Shown: positions 10,301 to 24,859, counted from the stretch's first letter. The stretch is 64,000 nucleotides of DNA from Cycas panzhihuaensis (GCA_023213395.1 CM041465.1:133493741-133557740), one strand, 5' to 3'. Made by a program: numbers and translations. The notes: a model not told the origin generated them from the sequence alone.

Positions 10301-13300
10301 ATGGCATTAATGCCAGGGACAGTCACCTGCATTCCAATTCCAGTATTAACTGGCTCAAACTATGCTGACTAGAGGAATCACATATCCCATAAGCTCAAAT
10401 AGTAAAAAGTATGGCGATATATGATAGGTAAATTCTAAAAACCAAAAGCAGATGCTACTGATAGTCTTATGGTATATCTGATGAACTCAGATGCCACATT
10501 AGGCACCATATTAAACTCACTCTCACTAGAAATCAGTCGGCAGTTTTTTGAAAAAGATGACTTAGCCACTATCTAGAAAACCTTAGAAGAAAAATATGAC
10601 AAGGTTGATACACATCAAGTAGCTATCCTAGAAGAGCAATTGTATAATCTAACTTTTGATGACTTTTCAAATGTTGAGGACTTTTAAACTAAAATCTAAT
10701 CAATTAATAAACATTTAGATAACTGTATTAAATCTAAAACCAAAGAAGGTGATAAAGAAAAAATAACTACACATGTTAAAGACGATGATACGCTCGTATG
10801 TCTTGCAGTTAGCAAATTACCAAAATATTTTAATCTCTACCAAGCTGCTAGACAACAAGCTGGTAATCCACCTATCACATTCAATCAGTTGACAAACTAG
10901 CTAATTGAACATCAGACAATGTTAATTAGAATAGGTGTAATAAAAGATCATTCATAGGCTTTGTTTTCTAAAACCAAGCCACAATTTAAAAATAAACAAT
11001 AGAATAATAATTTTCATAATAATAAAAAATTCTAAAAACCTCATCAAGGTTCACCATCTAATTCTCAAAATAATGTTAAATATTTTAGTCCAACTAAAAA
11101 TTAGAATACTTCTAATCAATTCATTTCTAATAGAAACAATGCAACTACTTCTCAAAACACTAGTTGTGACTACTATCATAAAAGAGGCCATACTATTGAT
11201 GTCTGTAGAAGTAGAATCACTTCAGAAGCATGGAAAGCTTCCAAGAGATTATAAAATAAACTGCAATCCCATTTTTAGTCACATTCACAATCACGACCAT
11301 AAAACTGTCAATTTCATAATTGTTCTTTAGCAGCAACAACTTTTTCATTTATTGCTCCTTCAAACCAACCACCACAATGGATCCTTGACTCTGGTACATC
11401 CCATCATATTACTAGACACCAGAAAAATTTAACCACTTATCAATCTGAAATGAACTCTAAAGAAGAGATTTCTTTCGGTAGTGGTAATCAACTTAAAGTC
11501 AAAGGATCTGGTGATGTTACCCTAAAGGATGGTTTAATCAAGGACATTTTTTATGTACCTGGTTTGTTGCCAAACCTCCTTTCAGTTTATCAAATCTGCT
11601 AGAAAGACCTTGTCGTCGAATTCTGAAAAAATAAAATTATCATTAAGGATCTATTACACAAATTCAAATGTATTACTTCATAACCTATTGATCATAACAC
11701 AGGTCTCTATAGTCTAACCAGTTTTTAAAATAATAAATCAAAATCTTTTAGTACCTTTGTTGCCAAATCTGACTCAGTCAGCAAGCTTTGGCATGTAAGA
11801 TTTGGCCATACTAGTTATGGCAAACTATAATATTTAATTAAGCATGAAATGGTCCATGGTTTACCATCCTTAAACATTGTTTATGGTGTTTGTGAAACCT
11901 GTGTGACAGGAAAATAATACATGGATCCATTTCCATACAAAACTCAATACCAAGCAACTGCTCCACTCAAATTTGTCCACTCTAATATATGTGGACCCTT
12001 TCATGTACCATCATACTCATGATCTCATTATTTCATTATATTCATTGATGATTATTCAAGAAAATGTTAGGTTTATATGCTCAAAACATGTAGTCAAGTG
12101 TTTGACATTTTTGTTGAATATAAAACGTTATTAGAAAATTAATCTAATTCAAGAATCAAAATATTCCAATCTGATAATGTTAAGGAATATTTAAGTAGAA
12201 AATTTACCTCTTTTTGTAAATCACATGGAATTAAATTCCAACATTCAGTTGCATACATGCCTCACTAAAACAGTGTTGCTGAACGTAAAAACTATACTCT
12301 TATTGAAATGACTCGTTATATGTTACATGCAAAGAATCTCAATTTAAAATTATAGGCAGAAGTAATTAACTGCTCTAATTATTTATTAAATTGTTTACCC
12401 AATAAATGTCTATAAAATGTCACTCCATAACAAAAATGGTCTAGAAGAAAACCATCTGTCCAACATTTACGAATCTTTGGCAATATCGCGTGGGGACATA
12501 TCCCTCACAAAAAACATAAAAAGTTAGATAAAAAAAGTCAAAAATACATCTTCGTTGGCTACAGCAAAGAGAGTAAAGTATATAGACTTTTAGATCTAGT
12601 CACACATAACATTTCTATTTTGCATGATGCAGTATTTGATGAAGAAGGATTTATTTCAACATCTACTTATGTAGAACTTCCTGTTGAAGATTTGTTAACC
12701 AATACTCATTTTGTTGACCATTCTGATAAATAAGTTGATTCAGAAATTATAGATTCTTTATCAACTCAAGTCCAAAATTGGACTCTATCAGAACCTAGTG
12801 AAACAGATCCTTGTCTTCAAGCTAGTACATCAAATCAACCTACAACCTTAGATATAATTACTCACAAGCAACCTGTTTGGGCAACCAAAACACTTACTAA
12901 TGCTAGATCTGATATATGCAATCCTACTGATACTAAGCATACACATGCACAAAAACTACATGCAAATTTTTCCTTAATGATAAAAATAATAGAAAACAAT
13001 GATCCTAAAACTTTTAAACAAGCCAACAACAATCATGTATGGCAAGATGCTATGCAGACTGAATTTGTTGCCTTAATTAAAAATTTAACTTGGGATCTAG
13101 TTCCTCTCCCACCTGGGAAAAATATAGTCGACTATAAATGGGTTTATAGGACTAAATATAATTCAATAGGTGCAGTGGAAAAATATAAAGCTTGCCTTGT
13201 TGCCATAGGATTTTCCCAAATAGATGGCATTGACTATAATGAAACCTTTACCCCTGTCACAAAGATGAATACAATCAAGATAATTATTGCTCTTATAGCC

Positions 13301-14544
13301 AAGTTTAGTTGGGAAATCCACCAAATGGATGTTATGAGTGCTTTCTTGAATGGTGATCTCAAAGAAGAGATCTACATGTCATAGCCACCTGGATTCATTG
13401 AAAATCCTAATTTAGTCTACAAACTTAAAAAATTTATTTACGGTTTAACACAAGCTCCTTGAGCTTGGTATACCAAAGTCAATGATTACTTAATCCACAT
13501 TGGATACACTAGATGTATTAGTGATCTAAATCTTTATTTTAAACGTGAAAATAAAAATCTTATCATTCTAATTCTTTATGTTGATGACATTAATATCACT
13601 AGATCATCAACCCATAATATTCATCATCTCAAATCAACTTTAATGAATAAGTTTAAAATGACCAATTTAGGTCTATTACATTATTTTTTAGGTTTACAAG
13701 TTTATCAAAATTAATCACATATAACACTATCTCAACCTAAGTATATTCTCGATTTAATTCATCAGTTTAACATGGAAAATGCTAAACCTGTATCCAATCC
13801 TTTATAATGAGGAGTTAAATTGTCTACTGATTGTCCAACTCTGTTATGTGATCCAACTCCATACATACAACTCATTGGTAGTCTAATCTATCTTACTCAC
13901 ACCTGCCCTGACATTTCTTATGATGTTGCTTTATGCTCCCGATATATACAACAACCGCACGAATCTCACTGGAAAGTCGTTAAGCACATCTTACGCTATC
14001 TAAAGAATACTGTGTTTTATGGTTTAAATTATAACTTTTGTAATAAACCACTAACATTAACTAGATATCTTGATTACGATCAAGGTGTGATTCAAATGAT
14101 CATAAACCTACTTCAAGTTATGTATTTTTTATTGATTCCTCACTTATTACTTGGTCTAGTAAAAAAATATAGGCACTAGCATTATCAACAACTAAAGTCG
14201 AATATTAAGCATTAGTCGAAGCTGGTAAAGAAGCACTTTGGTTAAAATCACTACTGAATAAAATTAGTCTGACTTTAAACTCTTCAATTGAAATTAAAGT
14301 TGATAATCAAGGTGCAATTACTATTACTACTAATCCTATTTCTCATTCTAGAACTAAACATAGTGAATTACATCAACATTTTATTCACAATTTAGTTATT
14401 GATAATCTTGTTTGTTTGTCTTATTGTCCAACAGATTTATAGACTGTTGACATTCTTATGAAGTCATTAACTGAACCAAAGTTTTTAAATCTTAGAGATT
14501 TATTACAGATAAAAGAAGTCTCCATCAAAGGGGGATCACCATGA
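10301..14544 (+). pseudogene. gag-pol: Copia gag-pol polyprotein pseudogene
   Basis: ATG 10301 MALMPGTVTCIPIPVLTGSNYAD. Zn knuckle CDYYHKRGHTIDVC ~11165; protease WILDSGTSHHIT ~11378; integrase LWHVRFGH, CETC and FVHSNICGPF; RT ORF 12977-13384 with LYVDDI ~13575; RNase H VDILMKSL; ends IKGGSP* at 14544. Many nonsense codons. Confidence 0.95.
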
Positions 14545-15407
14545 TGAAGCTCTTCTTTTTTCTATAGTACAAAAGTTTACATTAAAGGGGTATGTTAGAT
14601 TAAATAATGTAAACTTTATGTTTTATTATGTTTCTTAAGGTTATTATTTAGTCACATATCTTAAAAATTATTTAAGTGATTGTAATGTTATAAACTTATG
14701 TTTAATATTAATTGATTTATAGATGGTCATTGAAATGCAGAACCACATTCCAATGAACCTTCGTCCTATTTATTAATCTCCTAGATTCATGGAATTGGTT
14801 CCAAGAATCTAGGAGGTCTGTCTAAATTGCTGACCAAAGGCTATTTTAGGGGGTTTGTAGTTTTGTATATTGGTTTTTATTTATTTATTAATAAAAACTT
14901 AGATTAGGAGGTGGTTTTTCTTCCTTAGAAGGGGTTTTCCACCTGTCAACCCTGTGTACATGTGTACTGTCTCTTTATTTTGTTTCTCTTCTATTCCTAT
15001 GATATTTTGACTGTGTACATATGCCTATTCTATCACAAACCATAGAGCTCATTTACCAAAATATTGGGTATGTTGTAATACCAATTATTGGTATTGAGTC
15101 ATAGCCCAATTACATTATACATAATAAAAAAAATAGATTGAGTTGGCCTAATAAGAAATTAACATCCTAAGGTGATAAATTTATGAAATAATAAAATGTA
15201 AATAAGATGAAATATACACACAAAATGAACATAATGAATATAGATGGAAAAATGGTCAAACTTTAAATTATTCAAAAGAATAGTATACATATATAAAGAG
15301 TACATTCATCTCATATGATAGAATCTAAAATCAACTATTATGTTTTTAGAATACATTTAAATAAATCTACTAATATACCATTAAAGTGTTTACAATATAA
15401 TAAGAGA

Positions 15408-15439
15408 ACACACACACACACACATATATATACATATAT
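15408..15439. repeat. (CA)n/(TA)n microsatellite
   Basis: Directly visible. Confidence 0.85.
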
Positions 15440-15869
15440 GAGAGTGTGTGAGCAAACTAACATATTCATATAAAATCAGATATTATATCCAATAATAATC
15501 TAATAAGATGCTTTTAAAATATTATAATTAAATACATCCTATAAGAGCTTAATTTATAAGTTGATGATATTATAAACTCAATGTCTAAATGGCCTTCTTA
15601 TAGTTGAATTTTTCACCTCCCAAATAAAAAGGTGGGTTTATATTAGATTAAGAAGCTCTTATGCATTCCTTTTTATCTCTCTTCTTTTTAATCACCATTA
15701 CTTTATAAAATTATGACACATTACATCCTCCATACTATCTCTAAAATATATTATGCCCTATATAGTTTCACATCCTCCCTATACAATTATTTATGATGGT
15801 GTAATATTATGGTATGCATCCAAGTTAACCCCAACTCATAATTATGATTATATATGTAGGCATTGTAGT

Positions 15870-17200
15870 ACAAGAATAGTCATACATGGGTTAATTATCT
15901 ACTTTTATGGCATGTTTCATGTTGAACAAATAAGAGGTCTAAGATTTATCAATTTGAAGGCAACTTCCTTTCTTAAATAACACGAAATTAGGGAGATCCA
16001 TACTATATCTAATTGGCCCACACTTTCTAAGGAAACTTATAAGATATATAAAAAAGCTAGAGAGACTATCTATAAAGCAAACTCACTACTAAAGTGAGCA
16101 TTAGGCTTTTATATAAGGAACCTATGATCTAAGATAAAGGTAGACATCTAAAAATGTAAGCTAAAATCCCATAATAAGGCCATTGATCTAGCATATTAGT
16201 TAGAAGGACATAACCTGGATATATATGATATATATATTATTCCATAAAAGAATAGCATAGAAACTATGAGCTCCATAAATCCCCTTGAAAAATATCTTAA
16301 TAACGTAGTAGAAAAACATGCATCACTTAGGGAGAAACGAGAAAGACAAAGGAGAATAAAAAATAAACCTTGTCTTCACTATGATGGAAAATGGATGTTA
16401 TACCACCTTAGATTATACAACAAAACACAAAAACAACCATATACAATAGAAACTATGCAAATTTTGATAGAATATACATAAAGGGATAAAATAGATGGGG
16501 TATATAAATAAACCAAAAATGTCATTAGTATTTATGTTTAGCTTACAAAAAGTAGGTAACCTAAAAGTAGTAAGATTCACAAAGAAAAATAAGATGCTAG
16601 TCCTAATTGATTCTAGTAGCGACCATTTATAAATGCCAAGAGAGTTAAGTGACTTGGATTGATAATAGAAGAAAATTTAAACTTTTATATGTTAATTCCA
16701 AGTAATAGTACTCTATAATATGATGAGGAAATTAAAAATCTTAAATTAAGCATGGGAGAATATACCTTCATCTTAAACTTTTATGTATTACCCATGGGTA
16801 GAGTTAACATAGTACTTGAGGTATAGTGGCTTAAGACACTTGGAATATATAATACTAATTTAGAAGATGCTTTATAAAATTCATTAAACATGAGGTTGAA
16901 TCCATACTAAAGGCAATAAAAGCACTAAAACATCAAGTGATAGGATCTAAAAAAGTAAACAAGTTATTAAAGAAATATCATGTAAGTTGCACAGCCTATT
17001 AAATCCACAAAGGCCATAATAGAGGAAGATATGAGTATAGAAAACGTAGAGGATACAACAAACTAAGGAATGTAAAATATTTTTGTAAGCCTATTGCAAA
17101 GCATCTTAGGACTTACTCCCCTGAGATAGAGACATTATTTATAATATCAAGATTATACCTAACCAACTCTCTTAATGCATTTACCAAAAACTCCTTGCAG
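15870..17200 (+). pseudogene. Heavily decayed Ty3/gypsy gag-protease remnant
   Basis: KPCLHYDGKW (GLCF.CDEKW-like knuckle) ~16365; VLIDSSSDH (protease) ~16601; FYVLPMGRVNIVLEV*WLKTLG ~16780; GLPP-R-like segment ~17105. No LTRs assigned. Confidence 0.75.
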
Positions 17201-18143
17201 ACATGTTATCTTAGAACAACCTTATTAACTATCTCGAGCATAAATTCCTTAGTTAATGACCATCGCATTATAGATCAAACATACATAATATTCTTAGTGA
17301 AGGAGGAACAAGATTAGAGATAGTGTTAGTAATATATTGTTTATTTACTAATGCATCAACCTTATAATAATGACCCCTCATCTACTCTCATGTAATGATA
17401 TACCTTTATTATATAGCATTATATATTTATATGTATAAGTTATTAGTGGCTTAAAATTACCCAACTAATCCCATAATTAATTCTCCTTTTAAATTCATTT
17501 ATATTAATTAATCCCTTTATCATTATAGTCATAAAGTAATACTTTAACTAATTAATACATCTCCCAAACTTAAAGCATGCTCTGTCCTAGAATGCTATGA
17601 AATTCAAATATTTGTCTCTTATTTAATGATTACATTAGCTTAAAAAAAATAGCTAACATGTGCTTAAGAGGATAGAGAAAGTATGTATCTCTATAAAAAA
17701 TCTAACATCTATTGGCTTGCAGAGGTGATCAACTACTATACCTACCAATTTGCTAGGAATATTCCTTAGATACATAGTTCATCACCACAATGAAAACATA
17801 GATGAATATTAGGCATACAAAGGATCAACCATCCACTAATATGCATGGGTAATCATCCATTTCATGTGTTAGCTCACTAACGAGTCTTGTGTATATATGG
17901 TTCATCACTAATCTTTATTATTCTATCACAAAGTAATATCTTGATCCAAATTAAATCTTTGTCTTACTATTAAGAAATAATTTATTTATTTAAGTCCAAT
18001 CTAATGGCGAATCCCATTCATATCAAAATGTTATATTTTACTAGTCTCTTTGTTCACAGTGGTTATCCTTGATCCTACCCATGCCCTTATTAGGTTACTA
18101 ACATCTTCCATTTTTAGTTCCACATTATACCAACCCTTTTATC
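17200..18143 (-). mobile_element. 3' end of an Athila/Tat-like element (3' UTR, PPT and LTR fragment)
   Basis: Minus strand ~17595-17555 reads taggacagagcatgctttaagtttgggagatgt, resembling the gaggacaagca...taagtttggggg PPT context of non-chromoviral gypsy elements. Extent uncertain. Confidence 0.45.
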
Positions 18144-21100
18144 TATTAGAAGATATGATATTTTCATATATATAATGTTTAATATGATATAGTAGACCTA
18201 CATAAGATCCCATTCACCAAAAATATTAATAGATATTATATGCATAATTATTCATATAAATATCCCATTGGATGATAAAATTGCCCAAAAAGTATTTTAG
18301 GCTATTCATAAGGTGAAATATATATAAATATGTATACACAACACTGTGAGTATTAAAATATGTAAATTATTCATATTTGTAATGTTGAATGTTAATGATG
18401 TATATATAAACAATCCCACCAATCACATATATTAAAATATATGAAATACATATATATCTATGTTAATATGCTATTGGATGATATAAAGGCTCAAGAGAGA
18501 CAACAAGCTACTCATAGGATGGATATTTATGTAAATATGTATATATACCACTTGAGAACTTGAGAGAAAGGAGATGTACTTATTCTAATCATTAAGAGAA
18601 GCTCCTAACCACACCTTCTTTTATGGTTTTTTTTATAGTAAATTATTCATATATAAATCTATTATCTCTTTTGTGGTGAATGCTTATGGTATGTGTTTGA
18701 TTTACTTTATATTCATGTTTAATTCTTAATATATGTGCATATACTCATGAGATTATTTGATCATTATATATGTATATTATAATTCACCATGTTATACTCT
18801 AAATTCTAATATAGTATCAAAGTTACAATTATAAATTCTAACATGATATTAGAGTCATGGTTAATTGAAACATCTTATATAGTAGAAGAAAACCTATACA
18901 AAGTTGATTGATGAGTAAGTGGTAAAGCGAGTGTGCTAGTGATAAAGGCAGTACAAGAGCTAGTTATGAGGTAAATATAATGAGCTAGAGATTTGAATAT
19001 ACTAGTTATACTTGATATATAACTAAGATTCAAGAGACAGAACAAGATGAATGATATAATGTTTATTTGTATTTGTTATTGAGAAATTTGACTAGCCATA
19101 TATGATAAGAGGCATAAAAACACATTATTAATGCTACCTTATTGTATCTAACTTATCTTGGCTAATTAGTTTGGCTTATTCTTGGAGTTAGTATATTTTA
19201 TATATTGATTTATTGATGATATTATTTAATAGTTTCCAAAGAAAGCTACTAAAGTATACAAGTGGGGAAGCACATAAAAGAGAAATCTTATTTACAAGAG
19301 GTAAGTATAGTTTTACAAGTTACTCTTACACAACATACTCGATTGTGTTGTATTAATTTGTATGTAAGAGATGAGATTATGCTACTCTTATAACAAATAG
19401 TTTGAAAGTTATTGAACCATATATATGAAATAATTGCGTAGAGAACTAGCAATTACAAAGGTTGGTTACCTATATATTTTAGAAGATGGTTATTGTTTTA
19501 TATGGACCTAATAATCAATTTATTTATTTATTACTTTATTAATAATTGATAATGGTAGTTATATAATTGAAGATATAAAGATGTTTATAAAAATACTTCA
19601 TATATTGGTTTATGATATTGGTCAATATTTATAAGATGGATATTTATAGTTAGTCTCTGAGGTACACAAATGACTACTAAAGAGTTTATACATGTTTACT
19701 ATACATAGGCATATAGATTAATACTTATTAGAAGCAAGCATAATAGATAATAGATTATAAGTTATAAGATCTAGTATATAGGCTAAAGACAAAGGAGACA
19801 AAGACATGAATATATGAATATTGAAGCCAAAAATTTGAAGACATTAAACATTAAGGAAGAATATTAGAATATATGAATTATTCATATATATAATATTTAA
19901 TGTTAATGATAAACACATACATAATCCCCCCAATCACATACATTGAGATATATGAGATACACATATATTTATGTTAATATGTTATTAGATGATAAAAAGG
20001 CTCAAGAGAATCAATAGGCTACTCATGAGGTGAATATTAATATAAATATGTATATACATCATTTGAGAACTTGAGAGAAAGAAGATGCACTTATTTTGAT
20101 CATTAAGAGGAGCTCCAAACTCCACCTTTACTTATGGTTTGTTCCACACTTAGTTTTTTTATATATAATCAATTGTTTATCTTATGATGAATACTTATAA
20201 TACTTATGGTGTATACTTAATTTACTTTATACTATATATTCATGTTTAATCTTTTATATATGTACATATCCTCATGATATTATTTAGTCATTATATATTC
20301 ATACTATATTTTTATTGTGTTATACTCTAAATTATAATATGGTATCATAATTATAATTGTAAATTATAACATTGAGAACTTGAGAAAGGAGATTTAATTA
20401 TTTAATATCATAAAGAGGAACTCCCAACTCTAACCTTCTCTTGTAGTTTTTCTCGCACTAGGTTTTCTATATATAAATATGTTGTCCCTCTTATGATGAT
20501 GTTTTATGATACTTTATCATATATTCTTATGTTTAATACTTTATAATTCATGTTATTACTTTATATATTAATCTCACATTATATGATTTGTGTATATAAT
20601 TCTCATGATATATTTGATATATTGATATACTTCAATTATGTATTATGAGTACATTCCAATGTGGTATTAGAATGAAATTCTAAATTCTTATATGATATCA
20701 AAGTCATATTATGAAAGATCTTATGAAGTAGATTGAAGCCTATAATAAGCCAATTGAGTAAGCAGTTGAGCCAATATGAGTCAGTTTTAAAGAGTGTTTT
20801 GATGAGACAAAATTGATTGTGCTAGTGATATATAACCAAGATTCTAGGGCATGATGAAGTTGATTCTGAGCTATATATATGAGATCAAGTTATATTAAGA
20901 TAAATACTACAAATTTATGAGTTTAATCAAGTACACCAAATATGACATGATAAGGAGAACTGCTACTAGTTATATTCACCAATACAAATTGACCCTCTAG
21001 AGAAGTGATTAGGATTTTATAAAACTAGCCATCTCATCTAATCTCATAATTTATAGTAATAGATAGAGTTAAAGGGTAGCTAAGTGATATAAGACCTTAT

Positions 21101-23439
21101 TCCATCAGTGAATGTAAAACAAGTAACAGGCCTATATAATTGATTTGTTACAAAATAAAGAGGTATACGTTATTAAGCAGATATAATCTTTTAATACATT
21201 TAATTAAATTTAAATATTTTATAAAATCCATCAATATGTTTCCAATCCATTCAAAATTAATCATATGGAAGAGTTAATATGACTAGGAGCTTAGCAAAAA
21301 GGAGCTAAACTCATTTTCTAAAGAACTGCACATCTTTTCATGACATGTTGATGCTTTTTAGTCATAAGTTTTCACTAAAGAGTCCATTTTTTTAGCCATT
21401 AGTTATGTTGGAAATAAAATTTTGAGAGAGTTAAAATAAATGGTCACAAGGCATATTTTATAAATTAGATTATAAAGATTTTAATGGGTAAAGTTAAGAA
21501 AAGTACAATAAAAGTACTTTTGACTTTATAAAAGTTATAATTTTTTAGCTTTTTCATATTTATTTTAGTAAATTTTGATGCTTTTAAAGGCTCTCGAGAT
21601 CATGGTAATAAGATTGATGATAGATGATGAAAAATAAAGTATGTTTCATATAAAATAAAGATATTTAAAGCTTATTTATGATAGTTTAAGGCTCAAAACT
21701 AATAAAAATTAAAGTTGTGGGATACTAATTAATAGGAGAATCTTAAATATATTAGACATGATAAAAATCCCCCTTGGTATTTCATATATTTAATTTAGTA
21801 GAACTATAGAACTAATAAAATATCACAATCACTTGACTTATTACACACCTATTTGAATAATTAATTATGCCACTTGATATTTTATTGATGAAGGACCCAA
21901 TTTATTTATACTTGTTTGTTGGAGAGATGATGAGATGTTATTTCTACCTATTTATAAAAGATGGAGAAGTCTTATATATTGATTACTTAACATACCAAAA
22001 TTGGATATTAAAGAGTCTAGTTGATATATAATATGCATTTATGTGTAAGAAATATTACTTGCCATATATAATAAGAGGTATAGGAATACATTGTTTATAT
22101 AACTTATCTTAGTTAGGTGGTACACCTTATTCTCAAAGTTGGTATCTTAAGATTATTAATCTATAAATATTAATATTTTATTTAATGGTTGCCTAAAGAA
22201 AGTTACTGAAGATGTATGTAGAAGCATCAATAGAGATAACACACAAGTTATTTACTTGTATGTGAGAGGTGAGATGAATGAGGCTACTCTTATACAACAC
22301 ATAGATTGTGTTGCTATTCTCATATGTAAGAGGTATGCTTTTATGCTACTCTTATACAATATATTTTTCTAATAGTTAAATGCTATTTTATTTGTTGATG
22401 AACCACATACAAAAAATACATCATAAAGAAGTAGTAATTATAGAGGCTACTTACCCATGTATTTTAACAGATGGTTATTATTCTATATAAATATTAGTAA
22501 TTATTTTTATTTATGATATTACTGAGATTATAGGTTAATAGAGTTAATATTTATCATAACTTTACAAATGAATATATAAAGTTGTTAAGGATAAAACTCC
22601 ATATAAGAATGACAAGTGAAAGTCATGTAATTAAGATTATTGTTTAGTTGATTAATGATTGGTTTAAAGGTATTTTATAGGTGGATGATCATGGTTAGTC
22701 ACTAATAATAATAAATGACTAGAAATGGTTATAAGTTAATTGATTATAGTAAACAAGCATGATGTTGATAGATTTACAAGTTACATATGACATAACTTAA
22801 TACATATTTAGATATAGGTTTACAGGTTTTAACATATAGGAAAAGAAAAGTAGAAGACAATGAAGACTAAGGTTGATTGAATAACTAAAGATTTAAAGAT
22901 ATTAAACATTAAAGGGAAGTGTTCGAATATGTGATATTTTTACATATCTAATATTTAATATGATATAATAGACTTACATAAAATTTTATTTACCAAAAAT
23001 AATGAGAGATGTGATATGAATGATTATTCACGTAAACATTATATTAGATAATGAAATAGCTCAAAAGATATTATAGGTTATTCATGAGATAATATACCTA
23101 TAAATATATACACACCCCACTTAAAAACTTAAGAAATGAAATATAATTATTTGATATTATAGAGAGGAACTCCTAACTCCAATCTTCTCCCATGGTGTTT
23201 TCTACACTAGGCTTTCCATATATAAATCTATTATCTCTTTTGTGGTGATATTTTCTAATTTTATTATGCATTCATATGTTTAATACTTTGTTATTTATGA
23301 TATTACTTTATATATTAATCTTATATTATATGATTTATGGACATAATTATTATGATATATTTGATACATTAATATACTTATATTGTGTATTATCAGTATA
23401 TTCCAATATGGTATCAAAGTAAAATTCTAAATTCTTACA
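18144..23439 (+). mobile_element. Non-autonomous LTR retrotransposon (LARD/TRIM-like), outer copy
   Basis: 3' LTR 22920-23439; 5' LTR split into 18144-18350 and ~20372-20692. Perfect TSD TTATC (18139-18143, 23440-23444). Degenerate iMet PBS tgatatcaaagtca at 20693. PPT aaagggaag before 22920. No recognisable ORF in the ~2.2-kb interior. Confidence 0.88.
18351..20371 (+). mobile_element. Related non-autonomous LTR element nested in the 5' LTR of the outer copy
   Basis: LTRs 18351-18843 and 19862-20371. PBS tgatattagagtca at 18844; PPT aaggaagaa ~19853-19861; imperfect TSD GTGAG/TTGAG. The ~1-kb interior is homologous to the outer element interior (19085-19500 vs 22050-22490). Confidence 0.88.
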
Positions 23440-23449
23440 TTATCTAGAT

Positions 23450-24135
23450 CAACATAGTGGCTTCTTATAATATGCTTATTCTTGCTACCCCTACAATACT
23501 TAAAATTAGAGAAAGAGAACTCAAAAATAATAGAGGCGAATGGAATGAGAGATGGGGATAAAATACACTAAAGATAAATAAAGATATACTATAATGAGCT
23601 CCAATAATTATTTTTTTATTAATATAACATAACCTTGAAAATATATAAAGTCGGGTATTTATAGTAAAAGACTTCACCCTTTCCTTATAATATTATGTTC
23701 ATCTACCTTTAAGCTACCCAATCCTATATTTCTTTATTATTTAACTCCTTTAACATTAACCTTCACTAACCTTAATCCCTACTAATCTAATACTTTATGA
23801 GATAAAAGATTACCATATTCCCTCCCCCCTTAGATGCATTACCCTCAAAGCATCCATTTATATAGATGTATATTTCCACCACCTATTATTACTAGAATAT
23901 CATAGGTAGAGATATCATCCTTATGTTATAATATAGAAACTATTATTAGGATATCTCTCATTAGATGTAAATAAGTACTAAAGATGTGTTGCCCTTTTTG
24001 ATAAATATCATCATTAAAGAAATAAGGGTCCATGGTGTGGTAAATCTTAGATCCATAAAAATTAGGACCCAATTCTCCTACAAGTTGGGTGATAGATCCT
24101 TTGTATTGGGTGAAGGATCTAGGTGCCACAATACA
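23450..24135 (-). mobile_element. Truncated 3' end (ORF tail, PPT, LTR) of an element related to the 3006-5081 family
   Basis: Minus strand gatgctttgagggtaatgcatctaaggggggagggaa (~23855-23818) matches gatgctttgagggaaaagcattttaggggggagggca (4801-4837). LTR starts ~23817; its far end is uncertain. Confidence 0.7.
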
Positions 24136-24859
24136 CTACATTAAAAGCAATGGTATATAATAAGAATAAAATAGAGAGAATAAGATTGAGAGAAAAAATA
24201 AGAGGTGAGAATTATAACTCTTCTTTTTACATTCAGCCTTATATATCAGAGGATATGCATTAGGGCTTCCAAAGGAGTTTTCTATATACTGATATAATCC
24301 TAAAATTACACTTAAATATAAATGAAATTACATTTAACTATGTAATTAGCTAACATAAAGTCACCTTCATATAATTAATCTAATGACTTTGATGCATTAA
24401 CATCCATCAATCCTCCCCTTAATGGTAAAAGCACATTATGATAAAATCTATTCTATGAGGTTTTTATTTGAGTCTCATTATTACATTAACACTTTTATAG
24501 GAAAACCCTTATGGGAAATAAAATCTCATGAACTTTCTAAGATCTATAGCCCCTTAAATCAAAATGGCTAAGGTGGCTCTTGATGTAGCTTGATAACTAA
24601 GTAGCTTAAATATGTAGCTTAATCTAATGAGTCTCCATATACTATTTGGTCATCCTCCATGCTCTTTTGGATTTTCACAAGTTTTAATTTTCCAAGACTA
24701 GTATAACCCTTATCCTTCTATACCCATAAGTGGTTTTTATAAATAGGATAGAGCAAAGACTTACTCTTATTCTTTACACCCACAAGGGATTTTCATAAAT
24801 AAAATAAAGTATGTAGATCATGTTGTCATCTCCTCCAATCAGTCATAGATAGAGGCCCA

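Larger units (their letters stand above)
7245..15035 (+). mobile_element. Full-length Ty1/copia LTR retrotransposon (copia A), inactivated
   Basis: 443-bp LTRs 7245-7687 and 14593-15035 (about 27 differences by hand count). Perfect TSD CAAAC (7240-7244, 15036-15040). PBS tggtatcagag at 7688. PPT aaaggggta just before 14593. Domain order gag-PR-INT-RT-RH. Confidence 0.97.

Noticed and set aside
20693-22050. Possible pol remnants in the outer non-autonomous element
   Set aside because: Only vague resemblances; I could not recover any diagnostic motif by eye.
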